Part shown: positions 38,480-48,911 of the stretch, piece by piece | Layout: each line of letters opens with the position of its first letter | How positions within the stretch are numbered: position 1 is the stretch's first letter | Origin: an uncultured bacterium | GTDB taxonomy: Bacteria; Krumholzibacteriota; Krumholzibacteriia; LZORAL124-64-63 | Assembly (NCBI GenBank): GCA_963732385.1 | Contig: CAVSZB010000004.1 | Location: 96,001-160,000 of the forward strand | Reading direction: 5' to 3' | Length of the DNA stretch: 64,000 nt | Made by a program: the position numbers and the translations under genes | Notes under the pieces: generated by a model | Databases searched by the model: none | Seen by the model: only the letters and a program-made list of their open reading frames with translations | Told to the model about the DNA's origin: nothing

Positions 38480-39961
38480 TCACGGTCCGTCAGTGTCCAC
38501 CACATCATCCGCAGGGGCCGTTTCCGCCAGCGGCGTCGCCGAGCCGGTCATCAGGTAACGGTGCATGGCGGTGGCGGCGCTGCGTCCGGCGCCCATGGCC
38601 AGGATCACGGTGGCGCCGCCGGTGACGATGTCGCCGCCGGCGAACAGTCCCGGCAGCGACGTCTGCAAGGTCTGCGGGTCGACGACAATCGTGCCGCGCG
38701 GAGTACGCTCGATCTCGGGGCAGTCGGCCAGCAGCAGCGGGTTGGGGCCCTGGCCGATGGCGATCACCACGGTGTCCACCTCGAACACCTTCAGTGCGCC
38801 GGCGATCGGCACGGGACGGCGACGCCCCGAGGCGTCCGGCTCTCCGAGTTCCATCTGCTGACACTCGATCGCGGCCACGGCACCCTTGCCGTTGTCGATG
38901 ATCCGCGTGGGGGAGTGCAGAAGTTTGAAGTCGATCCCCTCCTGCTCGGCGTGGTGGATCTCTTCCTGGCGCGCGGGCATCTCGAGGCGGCTTCGCCGGT
39001 AGATAAGGTGCACCACTTCCGGACGGAGGCGCTTCGACGTGCGGGCGGAATCCATGGCGGTGTTGCCCGCCCCGACGACCGCGATGCGCCGGATCGGCTT
39101 CACCGGTGTGTCGTTGTCGGGGAACTTGTAGGCCCCCATCAGATTCACGCGCGTGAGAAACTCGTTGGCCGAGTAGACGCCGTTGAGGTTCTCGCCCGGG
39201 ATGTTCAGGAACCACGGCAGGCCGGCGCCGGTGCCGACGAACACCGCGTCGAAACGCTCGCGGATCGAGGTCAGAGATTCCGCCTTCCCGACGGGGTAGT
39301 TCATCACGAACTTCACACCCATTTTTTTGAGGCCGTCGATCTCCCTCACCAGGGTCAGCTTCGGCAGGCGGAATTCGGGGATGCCGTAGAACAGGACTCC
39401 GCCCGGCCGGTGCAGAGCCTCGAAGACCGTCACTTCGTGGCCGCGCTGCACCAGGTCGCTGGCGCAGGTCAGGCCGGCCGGCCCGGAACCGATGATCGCC
39501 ACCGTCCTGCCGGTCGGCGCGGCGATGTCCGGGGTGACGTTGATGTCGTGCTTGAGGGCGTAGTCGCCCAGAAAACGCTCGAGCCGTCCCACGCCTCCCG
39601 GTTCGCCCTTTTTGGTGAGACGGCACACCGCTTCGCACTGGTCTTCCTGGGGGCAGACGCGGCCGCAGATAGCCGGCAGGAAGTTCATCTCCTTGATCTT
39701 GCGCAGCGCGCCCTCGAAGTCGCCGGTCATGACGAGTTGCTGGAACGCCGGAATGTCCACGCCGACCGGGCAGCCCTGCACGCACGGCTTGTCCCGGCAG
39801 AGCAGGCAGCGCTGCGCCTCCTGCACCGCCTCATCGGGCGTATAGCCGAGCGGCACCTCTTCGAAGTTGAAGATGCGCTCGCCCGGCGGCTGTTCGCGCA
39901 TCGGCACCTTTACGGTGCTGCGGTTGAGGACGCGCCGGGGCTTGCCGGTCTCGTCGGTCAT
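38480..39961 (-). CDS. GltD/SudA-like flavoprotein, NfnB large subunit
   Basis: RCLLC..KPC..GCP, CGRVCPQEDQC, GSGPAG, YGIPEFRLPK, GAGNTAMD, GGDIVTG. Confidence 0.9.
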   Translation of the reverse strand: MTDETGKPRRVLNRSTVKVPMREQPPGERIFNFEEVPLGYTPDEAVQEAQRCLLCRDKPCVQGCPVGVDIPAFQQLVMTGDFEGALRKIKEMNFLPAICGRVCPQEDQCEAVCRLTKKGEPGGVGRLERFLGDYALKHDINVTPDIAAPTGRTVAIIGSGPAGLTCASDLVQRGHEVTVFEALHRPGGVLFYGIPEFRLPKLTLVREIDGLKKMGVKFVMNYPVGKAESLTSIRERFDAVFVGTGAGLPWFLNIPGENLNGVYSANEFLTRVNLMGAYKFPDNDTPVKPIRRIAVVGAGNTAMDSARTSKRLRPEVVHLIYRRSRLEMPARQEEIHHAEQEGIDFKLLHSPTRIIDNGKGAVAAIECQQMELGEPDASGRRRPVPIAGALKVFEVDTVVIAIGQGPNPLLLADCPEIERTPRGTIVVDPQTLQTSLPGLFAGGDIVTGGATVILAMGAGRSAATAMHRYLMTGSATPLAETAPADDVVDTDGP

Positions 39962-40806
39962 CGCGGTTCCTCCAGACGGCAGGCGTGGTCGCGGTCGCGA
40001 GCCACGGCTTCTTCATCGCGGTAATAGGCGAGACGCGTCATCAGTTCGTCGAAGTCCACCTCGTGGCCGTTGAACTCCGGGCCCTCCACGCAGGCGAAGC
40101 GGGTCTTGCCGCCCACCGTGACGCGGCAGGCGCCGCACATCCCGGTGCCGTCCACCATGATCGGGTTGAGAGAGGCCTGGCTCGGGATGCCGAGCTCCTG
40201 GGTGAGTTTGCAGACGAACTTCATCATGATCACGGGGCCGATCGCGATAACCTCGTCGATCTTCTCGCCCCCCTCGACCAGCGCGCGCAGGGCGTCGGTG
40301 ACCAGCCCCTTGCGACCGTGCGAGCCGTCGTCGGTGGTGACGATCAGCAGGTCGCAGTGGGCTCCGACCTCTGATTCGAGGATCAAAAGTTCCTTCGTGC
40401 GCGCCCCGAGGATGGCGATTACCCGGTTGCCGGCCGCCTTCAGCGCCTGTACCTGCGGCCAGACCACGGCGATGCCGATGCCGCCGCCGACACAGCAGAC
40501 GGTGCGGCCGCCGGTCGGGATGTCGGTGGGACGGCCGAGTGGACCCGCCAGGTCGAGAATCTCGTCGCCGGGGAGCAGCGCGTTCAGGAGGTGCGTAGTG
40601 TGGCCCACCTCTGCTGCCACGAGCGTGATCGTACCGCGGCCGGGGTCGCGGTGGGCGATCGTCAACGGGATCCGCTCGCCGTTGTCGACGACTCGCAGGA
40701 TGACGAACTGTCCGGCACGACCCCGCTCGGCGATGTGGGGGGCCTCGACCTCGAACAGCATCTGCTTCGGGGCCAGCTCACGGGCGGCGACGATTTTGTT
40801 GCCCAA
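39958..40806 (-). CDS. SudB/PyrK-like FAD/NAD-binding [2Fe-2S] protein, NfnA small subunit
   Basis: GQFVIL...ERIPLT, GPLG, GGGIG, MVDGTGMCGACR, CVEGPEF; GGAGGAG SD with TTG start. Confidence 0.9.
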   Translation of the reverse strand: MGNKIVAARELAPKQMLFEVEAPHIAERGRAGQFVILRVVDNGERIPLTIAHRDPGRGTITLVAAEVGHTTHLLNALLPGDEILDLAGPLGRPTDIPTGGRTVCCVGGGIGIAVVWPQVQALKAAGNRVIAILGARTKELLILESEVGAHCDLLIVTTDDGSHGRKGLVTDALRALVEGGEKIDEVIAIGPVIMMKFVCKLTQELGIPSQASLNPIMVDGTGMCGACRVTVGGKTRFACVEGPEFNGHEVDFDELMTRLAYYRDEEAVARDRDHACRLEEPR

Positions 40807-40890
40807 GGCGTTCTCCTCCGGCGGTGGCCGGACCGGAGGGCGCTGCGCGCCCAGCGGCCGGCAACGGGAATAACGCAACGGAATCGCGGG

Positions 40891-40919
40891 AGTTTAAGGC
40901 GAAAGTCCTTCCCTGACCA
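40891..40919 (-). promoter_or_regulatory. Putative sigma70 promoter of the nfnAB-like operon
   Basis: Minus strand TGGTCA-N17-TAAACT. Confidence 0.45.
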
Positions 40920-41133
40920 GCCCTTCAAATTTAGTTCCGGCGAAGCGACTGTTTCACCCGCGTGAACCGGCGTCTCCTTCCGCGACGACTAGAGAGCGCT
41001 CGTTTCAGCCGGCCGGTCAACCGGCAGCGGCTCCGGATGTCCCACCCGGGCGACGGCGCTGCAAAGCCCCCACGCGGTCGAAACCGGCGCAAGGCTTCAA
41101 TTTCGTGTGGCGGCCGGCGACAGACAAGAAAAT

Positions 41134-41234
41134 AAGGGCCGACCGGTGGTGGATGCGATCAGGACGAACCGGGGGGACTTCGGTCGTCAGATCGCCGGCG
41201 CGGGCGCGCCGTTCCAGCCGGGTGGTCGGCCCTT
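41134..41234. ncRNA. Candidate structured RNA (three-way junction), family unknown
   Basis: 11-bp perfect terminal inverted repeat enclosing two further helices. Confidence 0.35.
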
Positions 41235-41426
41235 GGAATTTGGAAACTGCCCGTTCGCGGACAGGTGGAGGCCTGCAAAGCAACCGTCATGCCCGACAGG
41301 ATGCCGTGCGGCGCAGAGCGCCGTCGCCGGGCCGTCTTGACCGCGCCGGGGGTCGCGCCTATGGTGGGCCCGGTCGGTCGCCGCGGAGGGACCGGCACTG
41401 TCCGACGCGAAGGGATGTGGGCAGAC

Positions 41427-41981
41427 ATGGAAGAGTTGATCCGGAGCCTGCTGGTGAAAATCGACGAGGATCCCCGGCGGGAGGGACTCGTGGAGACCCC
41501 CGCCCGCGTGGCGCGGGCATGGCGGGAACTGACGGCCGGCTACCGCATCGACGCCGACGCGCTGGTGCAGAAGGCGCTGTTCACGTCCAGCGGCAAGGAG
41601 ATGGTGCTCGTCAACGACATCGATTTCTACAGCATGTGCGAACATCATCTCCTGCCGTTCTTCGGCAAGGCCCACGTGGCCTACATCCCCAGCGGGAAAA
41701 TCGTCGGGTTGTCGAAGATCGCGCGCGTGGTGGAGGCGTTCGCGCGCCGTCTGCAGGTGCAGGAACGGATGACCGCGCAAATCGCCGAATGCCTGCACCG
41801 GAATCTGCAGGCGGATGGCGTGGGGGTCATCCTGCACGCCCAGCACCTGTGCATGATGATGCGCGGAGTCCAGAAGCAGAACAGCTTCGCGGTCACGAGC
41901 GAAATGCTCGGTGAGTTTCGCGACAACGCCAAGACCCGCGCCGAATTCCTCACGCTCATCGGCGAGAAGACCTGGAACTAG
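41427..41981 (+). CDS. folE: GTP cyclohydrolase I
   Basis: [41 protein letters not shown]. Confidence 0.96.
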   Translation: MEELIRSLLVKIDEDPRREGLVETPARVARAWRELTAGYRIDADALVQKALFTSSGKEMVLVNDIDFYSMCEHHLLPFFGKAHVAYIPSGKIVGLSKIARVVEAFARRLQVQERMTAQIAECLHRNLQADGVGVILHAQHLCMMMRGVQKQNSFAVTSEMLGEFRDNAKTRAEFLTLIGEKTWN

Positions 41982-41994
41982 GCGCCGTGGGCGG

Positions 41995-42930
41995 CTACTG
42001 CTCCGCCAGCCAGCGTTCGCATTCCAGCGCCGCCATGCAGCCGCTGCCGGCCGCGGTGACCGCCTGGCGCCAGACATGGTCCTGCACATCGCCGCAGGCG
42101 AACACTCCCGCCACGCTGGTGGCGGTCCGGCCCGGCACGGTCACGACGTAACCGTTCGCGTCCAGCTCGAGCTGCCCGTCCAGGAAGCCGGTGTTAGGCG
42201 TGTGGCCGATGGCCACGAAACAGCCGGTCACCGCCAGGTCGCGCACGGCGCCGTCGCGGGTGTCCTCCAGCCGCAGTCCGGCGAGCAGGCCTTTCGAGTC
42301 GGGCAGCAGCCCGGTCACTTTGGCGTGCCAGGCGAATTCGATCTTCGGGTGTTTGAAGGCCCGTTCCTGCATGATGCGGGAGGCGCGCAGTTCGCCCCGC
42401 CGGTGGACCAGGGTCACCCTGGCGGCGAAATTGGTGAGAAACAGCGCCTCCTCCAGCGCCGTGTCGCCTCCACCCACCACTGCGATCTCCTGGCCCCGGA
42501 AGAAGAAGCCGTCGCAGGTGGCGCAGGCAGACAGCCCCTTGCCCTGAAAAAGCGGCTCTTCCGGCAGACCGAGCCAGCGGGCCGTGGAGCCGGTGGCGAG
42601 GATGAGCGCCGGCGCCGTGTAGGTCGCCTCGTCGGTCCAGATCGTGAACGGTCGGCGCGACAGATCGACCCGTTGCGCCGTCCGTCCGACGATCTCGCAG
42701 CCGAACCGGGCTGCCTGTGCGCGGAATTTCTCCATCAGTTCCGGTCCCTGGATCCCCTCGGGAAAGCCGGGAAAATTCTCCACCTCGCTGGTGATAGTGA
42801 GTTGTCCGCCGGGCTGGGTCCCCTCGAGCACCAGGTTGGTGACGTTGGCTCGGCCCAGGTAGATGGCCGCGGTGAAGCCGGCGGGGCCGGATCCGATGAT
42901 GATGGCCTTGGGTGCCTGCGCGTTGGTCAT
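41995..42930 (-). CDS. trxB: Thioredoxin-disulfide reductase
   Basis: GSGPAG, GGQL, ENFPGF, CATCDG, GGGDTA, GDVQD. Confidence 0.96.
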   Translation of the reverse strand: MTNAQAPKAIIIGSGPAGFTAAIYLGRANVTNLVLEGTQPGGQLTITSEVENFPGFPEGIQGPELMEKFRAQAARFGCEIVGRTAQRVDLSRRPFTIWTDEATYTAPALILATGSTARWLGLPEEPLFQGKGLSACATCDGFFFRGQEIAVVGGGDTALEEALFLTNFAARVTLVHRRGELRASRIMQERAFKHPKIEFAWHAKVTGLLPDSKGLLAGLRLEDTRDGAVRDLAVTGCFVAIGHTPNTGFLDGQLELDANGYVVTVPGRTATSVAGVFACGDVQDHVWRQAVTAAGSGCMAALECERWLAEQ

Positions 42931-43067
42931 GAATCCTCCAGATTCGCCGTCGGAAACATCAAATCAAGCCGAGGGGCGGGAGTCTAACCTCATCCCGGTC
43001 TCTGCGCAACCGCATGGATGGGGCGAGTTCTGCCGCGTCGCACCGGCGCAAGGTTCGATTCCGGGGC

Positions 43068-43096
43068 TTGACGGGGCCGCTCCGCGGTGCTATTAA
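43068..43096 (+). promoter_or_regulatory. Sigma70 promoter for rplU-rpmA
   Basis: TTGACG-N17-TATTAA with extended TG. Confidence 0.6.
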
Positions 43097-43190
43097 TTAG
43101 CGGTTCCGGCCGCCCCGGGGGCGGTCGTTGTTGTGTCTTCCCAGCCCGGTCGGCGCCCGGGGCGTCCGGCTGCGACGGCGGAGAATGCCC

Positions 43191-43505
43191 ATGTACGCGG
43201 TGGTCAAGATCAAGAACCAGCAGTTCCGGGTCGAGCCGAATCTGCGCCTGGAGGTTCCGCTCCTGGAGGCTGAGGTCGGCGCCCAGATCACGTTCGATGA
43301 GGTGCTGCTGTTCAGCGACGGCGAGCAGGTCGTGGTGGGCTCGCCCTCGGTGTCGGGTTGTACCGTGGCCGCCGAGATCCTGCGGCATGGACGCGAAGAG
43401 AAGATCATCGTTTTCAAAAAGAAGCGGCGGAAGAACTACCGGCGGACCCGCGGGCACCGGCAGCATTTCACCGAGATCCGGGTCACGAACATCGTGACGG
43501 CCTGA
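43191..43505 (+). CDS. rplU: 50S ribosomal protein L21
   Basis: MYAVV...[25 protein letters not shown]. Confidence 0.96.
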   Translation: MYAVVKIKNQQFRVEPNLRLEVPLLEAEVGAQITFDEVLLFSDGEQVVVGSPSVSGCTVAAEILRHGREEKIIVFKKKRRKNYRRTRGHRQHFTEIRVTNIVTA

Positions 43506-43548
43506 TCGGCACGACCGGCCAGGTTTCCCGGGCGAGGAGCATGAGGAC

Positions 43549-43803
43549 ATGGCGCATAAAAAAGGTGTAGGCAGTTCGCGCAACGGCCGCGACAGCAATT
43601 CGCAGCGGCTCGGTGTGAAGCGCTTCGGTGGGCAGCGTGTCCTGGCGGGGACGATTCTGGTCCGCCAGCACGGCACTCGCGTGCACCCGGGCCGGAACGT
43701 CGGGCTCGGCAGGGACTTCACCCTTTTCGCCCTGTCTGATGGCGTGGTCCTCTTCGAGACGTTCGGCAAGGGGCGCAAGCGCGTCAATATCACGCCCGCG
43801 TAG
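43549..43803 (+). CDS. rpmA: 50S ribosomal protein L27
   Basis: [21 protein letters not shown]. Confidence 0.98.
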   Translation: MAHKKGVGSSRNGRDSNSQRLGVKRFGGQRVLAGTILVRQHGTRVHPGRNVGLGRDFTLFALSDGVVLFETFGKGRKRVNITPA

Positions 43804-43829
43804 CGGGGTGTGGATAGACGGTCATTCGT

Positions 43830-43864
43830 GAACCCATCCCCCGCGGGGGATGGGTTCCGTTTTG
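43830..43864 (+). terminator. Rho-independent terminator after rpmA
   Basis: GAACCCATCCCC / GGGGATGGGTTC stem followed by a T run. Confidence 0.75.
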
Positions 43865-43913
43865 AAGGCGGGCGGTGAACGCCCGCGTCGGCACGTGACA
43901 CGGGAGGCTGGCG

Positions 43914-44648
43914 GTGGCGGGGGCACTGGTGGTGATACCGGCCCGTTACGGGTCGAGCCGGTTTCCGGGCAAGGCCCTGGCCGATCTGCACGGGCGGCCG
44001 CTTGTCGTGAGGGTGGCCGAGCGGGCGGCGGCGATGCGCGAGGCCGGGGCGGTCGTGGTCGCCACGGACGACCCCCGTATCCGCGACGCGGTCGAGGCGG
44101 CCGGGTTCGTCGCAGAGCTGACCGGCGAGCACGCCACCGGCACCGACCGCGTCGGCGCGGTCGCGGCGCGCCGGATGGCGGAGTTCGTGGTGAACCTGCA
44201 GGGAGACGAACCGCTGCTCGATCCGGCCGAGGCCGATCGCCTGGTGGCGCTGCTGCGCGGTGATCCGACGGCGGGGCTCGCCACGCTGGCGCACCCGTTC
44301 GCCGACGCCGACGAATGGCGCGATCCCAACGTGGTCAAGGTTCTGCTGGATCGGCGGGGACGTGCCCTGTATTTTTCCCGTGCGCCGCTGCCCGGGATCT
44401 TCCCGGGCCGCGCGGTGCGTGGCGAGCAGCTCGCGCTACGGCACGTCGGGATCTACGCCTGGCGGCGCGCGGCACTGCTCGATTTCGTGGCCTGGCCCGC
44501 CACGCCGCTGGAGATGGCCGAGGGGCTTGAGCAGTTGCGCGCGCTCGAGCATGGGCTGCCGATCGTGGTGACGCGCACGGAATCGCGTCCGGTCGGAGTG
44601 GACACGCCGGAGGACCTGGAGCGCGTGCGCCGGCTTTGGCACGCCTGA
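43914..44648 (+). CDS. kdsB: CMP-Kdo synthetase
   Basis: [39 protein letters not shown]. Confidence 0.95.
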   Translation: MAGALVVIPARYGSSRFPGKALADLHGRPLVVRVAERAAAMREAGAVVVATDDPRIRDAVEAAGFVAELTGEHATGTDRVGAVAARRMAEFVVNLQGDEPLLDPAEADRLVALLRGDPTAGLATLAHPFADADEWRDPNVVKVLLDRRGRALYFSRAPLPGIFPGRAVRGEQLALRHVGIYAWRRAALLDFVAWPATPLEMAEGLEQLRALEHGLPIVVTRTESRPVGVDTPEDLERVRRLWHA

Positions 44649-44679
44649 GCTGCGGGGCGGAGGGCGCACGGAGGTGGCG

Positions 44680-46320
44680 ATGACGAAATTCGTGTTCGTG
44701 ACCGGCGGTGTCGTGTCGGCCCTCGGCAAGGGGATCGCCAGCGCCTCGCTCGGCCGCCTGCTCAAGTCGCGCGGGCTGCGGGTCGTTTTGCAGAAATTCG
44801 ATCCTTACCTGAACGTCGACCCCGGCACGATGAGCCCCTACCAGCACGGCGAGGTCTACGTCACCGACGACGGCGCCGAGGCCGACCTCGATCTGGGGCA
44901 CTACGAGCGCTTTACCGATACGAACGTGGCGCGGATCAACAACCTCACGAGCGGCCAGGTCTACGACACGATCATCACGCGCGAGCGCAAGGGGGAGTAC
45001 CTCGGGCGCACCGTGCAGGTGATTCCCCACGTCACCGACGAGATCAAACGGCGGATTCTGCTGCCGGCTGAGCGCGGCGACGTGGACGTGGTCATCACGG
45101 AAATCGGTGGCACGGTGGGCGACATCGAATCGCTGCCTTTTCTCGAGGCGATCCGCCAGTTCCGTCTCGAACGGCCGCCGGAGGACACCGCTTCGATCCA
45201 TCTCACGCTGGTGCCCTACATCGAGGCGGCCGGGGAGATCAAGACGAAGCCGACGCAGCACTCCGTGCGCGAACTGCGCAGCATCGGCATCCAGCCCGAC
45301 TTCCTGATCTGCCGGGCCCGCGACCCGCTCACCGATGAGGCGCGCCGCAAGATCGCCCTGTTCTGCAACCTGTCGCCGCAGTACGTCATGGACGGGCCCG
45401 ACGCGCGTTCGATCTACGAAGTGCCGCTCAATTTCCACCGCCAGGATTTCGACACGCTGCTCTGCCGACGGCTTGGACTGGATCCCCCGCCGGCCGATCT
45501 GGCCGAGTGGGAGCGCATGCTGGAGGTGCTGCTCAATCCGTCGGCCCGCGTGCGCATCGCGATCGTGGGCAAGTATGTGGAACTGCATGATGCCTACAAG
45601 AGCATCATCGAGGCCTTCATCCACGCCGGGATTCCCACCCAGGTGCACGTGGAGCAGGTCTGGGTCGATGCCACGAGTCTCGAGGGGGCAGAGGTCGACG
45701 CGCAGCGGCTGGCCGAGGTGTTCGACGGGTGCCACGGCATTCTGGTGCCGGGAGGGTTCGGAGATCGTGGCATTCTGGGCAAGGTGGCGGCGATCCGCTA
45801 TGCGCGCGAGCGGCGGCTGCCGTTCTTCGGCATCTGCCTCGGCCTGCAGTGCGCCATGATCGAGTTCGGTCGCGATGTGGCCGGACTGCCGCTGGCCAAC
45901 AGCAGCGAGTTCGATCCCCAGACGCCGCATCCCGTGATCGACCTGATGTGCGAGCAGCGCGCGGTCGACCGGCTTGGCGGCACGATGCGCCTCGGCGCCT
46001 ACCCCTGCCATCTCGAACCGGGGACGCTGGCCGCGCGCTGCTACGGCGCGTCGGAGATCAGCGAGCGCCATCGACATCGCTATGAGGTGAACAACCGCTA
46101 CCGGGCGGCGTTCGTCCAGGCCGGTTTAGTCTTCTCCGGCACTTCGCCCGACGGCCAGCTCGTGGAGATTCTCGAATTGCCCGCGCACCCCTTCTTCATC
46201 GCCGTCCAGTTCCACCCGGAACTGCAGTCGCGACCCAACCGGCCGCACCCCCTGTTCCGCGAGTTCGTGGGGGCCGCGGTCGCCCACCAGAACCAGGCGC
46301 GGGCCGCGGCCGCGCGCTGA
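44680..46320 (+). CDS. pyrG: CTP synthase
   Basis: [41 protein letters not shown]. Confidence 0.98.
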   Translation: MTKFVFVTGGVVSALGKGIASASLGRLLKSRGLRVVLQKFDPYLNVDPGTMSPYQHGEVYVTDDGAEADLDLGHYERFTDTNVARINNLTSGQVYDTIITRERKGEYLGRTVQVIPHVTDEIKRRILLPAERGDVDVVITEIGGTVGDIESLPFLEAIRQFRLERPPEDTASIHLTLVPYIEAAGEIKTKPTQHSVRELRSIGIQPDFLICRARDPLTDEARRKIALFCNLSPQYVMDGPDARSIYEVPLNFHRQDFDTLLCRRLGLDPPPADLAEWERMLEVLLNPSARVRIAIVGKYVELHDAYKSIIEAFIHAGIPTQVHVEQVWVDATSLEGAEVDAQRLAEVFDGCHGILVPGGFGDRGILGKVAAIRYARERRLPFFGICLGLQCAMIEFGRDVAGLPLANSSEFDPQTPHPVIDLMCEQRAVDRLGGTMRLGAYPCHLEPGTLAARCYGASEISERHRHRYEVNNRYRAAFVQAGLVFSGTSPDGQLVEILELPAHPFFIAVQFHPELQSRPNRPHPLFREFVGAAVAHQNQARAAAAR

Positions 46321-46339
46321 GGGGCGGCGGGAGGTCGGC

Positions 46340-47203
46340 ATGGTTAAAAGCGAAACCAGGGCCGGCGGCGACGGCGCCGCCGCAGTGACGCTGCGTGGCC
46401 GGCGGATCGGCTCCGGCGAACCGCTGTTCGTGATCGCCGGGCCGTGCGTGCTCGAGGACCCCGACGCGATGCTCCGGCTCGCCGGCGAACTCGCGGCCGT
46501 CTGCGCGCGGTACGGACTCGGCTACTGTTTCAAGGCGAGCTACCTGAAGGACAATCGCACCAGCGGTGCCTCCCCGCGCGGCCCCGGCCCGGAGGAGGGG
46601 CTGCGGCTGCTCGCCCGCATCGGCGACGCGCACGGCGTGCCGCTGCTCACCGACGTGCACCACCCCGACGAGGCCGCGGCTGCGGCCGAGGTCGTGGACA
46701 TCCTGCAGATCCCCGCCTTCCTCTGCCGCCAGACCTCGCTGCTCGAGGCTGCCGGACGGACGGGGCGGCTGGTGAACGTCAAGAAGGGGCAGTTCCTGGC
46801 CCCGGCGGATCTCGGCCACGCGGCGGCGAAAGTGCGGGGGGCCGGCTGCCCGGGCGTGCTCGCCACCGAGCGCGGCTCGTTCTTCGGCTATCGTGACCTC
46901 GTGGTGGACTTCCGCGCGGTGCCGCTCCTGCACCGGCTCGGCCTGCCGGTAGTGATGGACGCCACCCATGCGGTGCAGTCGCCCGGCAGCACGGGAACCG
47001 TCACCGGCGGCGCGCCGGAAATGATTCCGCTCTACGTGCGCTGCGGCATGGCGGCGGGCGCCGACGCCCTGTTCCTCGAGGTGCATCCCGATCCGCCGCG
47101 CGCGCTCAGCGACGCCGCGAGCCAGCTGCCGCTGCCGGCGTTCGCCGGCCTCGTCGAACAGGCGCGGCGCTTCCGCGATCTCTACCGGGAGTGCGTGTCG
47201 TGA
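46340..47203 (+). CDS. kdsA: Kdo-8-phosphate synthase
   Basis: IAGPCVLE, KAS..K.NRTS, QIPAFLCRQT, NVKKGQF, DATHAVQ. Confidence 0.95.
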   Translation: MVKSETRAGGDGAAAVTLRGRRIGSGEPLFVIAGPCVLEDPDAMLRLAGELAAVCARYGLGYCFKASYLKDNRTSGASPRGPGPEEGLRLLARIGDAHGVPLLTDVHHPDEAAAAAEVVDILQIPAFLCRQTSLLEAAGRTGRLVNVKKGQFLAPADLGHAAAKVRGAGCPGVLATERGSFFGYRDLVVDFRAVPLLHRLGLPVVMDATHAVQSPGSTGTVTGGAPEMIPLYVRCGMAAGADALFLEVHPDPPRALSDAASQLPLPAFAGLVEQARRFRDLYRECVS

Positions 47204-47841
47204 GCCGACAGCCGTGGCCGCCGCGCACCCCTGAGGCCTACCGGCGCGAGGCGGGCACCGCGCTCGATCCGTCGTTGCATGCCCTCTTCGCCGCTGTCCA
47301 CCTGCTCGTGCTCGATGCTGACGGCGTGCTGACGCCGGCCAACATTCTCTACGGGCCCGAGGGCGAGGCGCTCAAGGAGTTCGACAGCCGCGACGGCTTC
47401 GGCCTGGTTCAGGCGCACGCCGCCGGGCTGAAGCTGGCCCTGTTGACCGGACGCCAGAGCCGCATCGCGGAGCGGCGCTGCCGCGATCTCGGATTCGATG
47501 TCATCAAGCTCGGTCGCTTCGACAAGGTGGCGGCCCTGCGCGAGATCCTGGCGGAGACCGGCTGCGCGGCTCCGGAGACCTGCTACGTCGGCGATGACGT
47601 GATCGATATTCCAGCCCTCGACGCCGTCGGCCTGTCGGTGACCGTGCCGGCGGCGCCGGCCGAGGTGCGGGAGCGGAGCCGCTACGTGACCCGCGCCGCG
47701 GGCGGGCGTGGCGCTGTGCGCGAGGTGACCGATCTGGTACTCAAGCTGCGCGGCCTCTACGGTCCGGCCCTGGTGCGCCTGTCCGCGGCGCCGGAGCCGT
47801 TCGCCGTCACTGACCCCCAACCGGAGGCGCCAGGCTCGTGA
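47200..47841 (+). CDS. kdsC: Kdo-8-phosphate phosphatase (HAD)
   Basis: LDADGVLT, DGFG, YVGDD..D, GGRGAVRE. Confidence 0.9.
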   Translation: MSRQPWPPRTPEAYRREAGTALDPSLHALFAAVHLLVLDADGVLTPANILYGPEGEALKEFDSRDGFGLVQAHAAGLKLALLTGRQSRIAERRCRDLGFDVIKLGRFDKVAALREILAETGCAAPETCYVGDDVIDIPALDAVGLSVTVPAAPAEVRERSRYVTRAAGGRGAVREVTDLVLKLRGLYGPALVRLSAAPEPFAVTDPQPEAPGS

Positions 47842-48839
47842 GCGACCATCTCCTGCCGCTCGATGAGACCGCGGTACTGGCCGCGGGGCGGCGCACGTTT
47901 GTCGCCGAGGCGGACGCATTGGTCGTCGTGGGGGAGCGGCTCGACGCCGCCTTTGTCAGGGCGATAAGGGTGATGCTCGACTGCCGCGGCAGCGTGCTGG
48001 TGACCGGGTTGGGCAAGTCTGGACTGGTGGCGCGCAAGGTGGCGGCGACGCTGACCGCCACCGGTACGCCGAGTGTCTTCATCCATCCGGTCGAGGCGAC
48101 GCACGGCGATCTCGGCATCGTGCGGCGGGGCGACGTGCTGATCGCGATCTCGCGCAGCGGGCACAACCGCGAAGTGAACGGCCTGATCGGGCCGTCCCGG
48201 CAGCTCGGCATGACGGTGATCGCGATCACCGGGCAGCCGGAATCGGAGCTGGCCCGGCTGAGCGACATCGTGCTGCTCTGCCCCGTCGCGCGCGAGGCCT
48301 GTCCGCTGAATCTTACGCCCACCAGCAGCGCCACCGCCGCCTCCGTGATGGGCGATGCCCTGGCGATGAGCCTGCTCGATCTGCGCGGTTTCACGGCGCA
48401 GGACTTCGCCGCCTTCCACCCGAGCGGGGTGCTGGGACGGTCGCTGCTCGTGCGGGTGCGCGAGTTGATGCACACCGGCGACCAGTTGCCGGTCGTCTCC
48501 CATCGCTTCACGCTGCGGGACTCGCTGCCGGAAATCGTGGACAAGCGGCTCGGAGGAGTCTGCGTGGTGGATGACGACGGCCGGCTGCTCGGGCTCTGCG
48601 TGGACGGTGACGTCAAGCGAGCCCTGCTCGCGCGGGAGGATGCGCTCGGCCGCCCGATCACCGAATCGATGAATCCGCTCCCGACCACGGTCGATCCGGA
48701 CGCCCTCGCCCTGTCAGCCCTGCGGTTGATGGAGGCGCGGCCTGAGGGGCCGGTCACCCTGCTCATCGCTGTCGACGCGGAGCGTCGTCCGCTCGGTCTG
48801 CTGCATATCCACGATGTCCTGCGCGCCGGACTGCTTTGA
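47838..48839 (+). CDS. kdsD: Arabinose-5-phosphate isomerase (KpsF/GutQ, SIS+CBS)
   Basis: GLGKSG, HGDLG, EACPLNLTPTSS, FHPSG.LG, two CBS domains. Confidence 0.93.
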   Translation: MSDHLLPLDETAVLAAGRRTFVAEADALVVVGERLDAAFVRAIRVMLDCRGSVLVTGLGKSGLVARKVAATLTATGTPSVFIHPVEATHGDLGIVRRGDVLIAISRSGHNREVNGLIGPSRQLGMTVIAITGQPESELARLSDIVLLCPVAREACPLNLTPTSSATAASVMGDALAMSLLDLRGFTAQDFAAFHPSGVLGRSLLVRVRELMHTGDQLPVVSHRFTLRDSLPEIVDKRLGGVCVVDDDGRLLGLCVDGDVKRALLAREDALGRPITESMNPLPTTVDPDALALSALRLMEARPEGPVTLLIAVDAERRPLGLLHIHDVLRAGLL

Positions 48840-48872
48840 TCCATGTCGTTTCTTGACAACATCCTGCGGACG

Positions 48873-48888
48873 TGGCACAAATTGTGCA
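48873..48888 (+). promoter_or_regulatory. Sigma54 (-24/-12) site
   Basis: TGGCAC-AAATT-GTGCA with GG-N10-GC spacing. Confidence 0.6.
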
Positions 48889-48911
48889 TCGTGCCCGCCC
48901 CTCCCGGTGCC

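Noticed and set aside
40990..41100. Hairpins with a GAAA-like loop suggestive of a c-di-GMP-I riboswitch
   Set aside because: The conserved GGCAAAC...GACGCAAAGC arrangement is not matched; may be chance pairing in GC-rich DNA.
43045..43066. GGTTCGATTCC resembling a tRNA T-loop
   Set aside because: Only 2 bp of T-stem can form, there is no acceptor, D or anticodon arm, and it abuts the rplU promoter.
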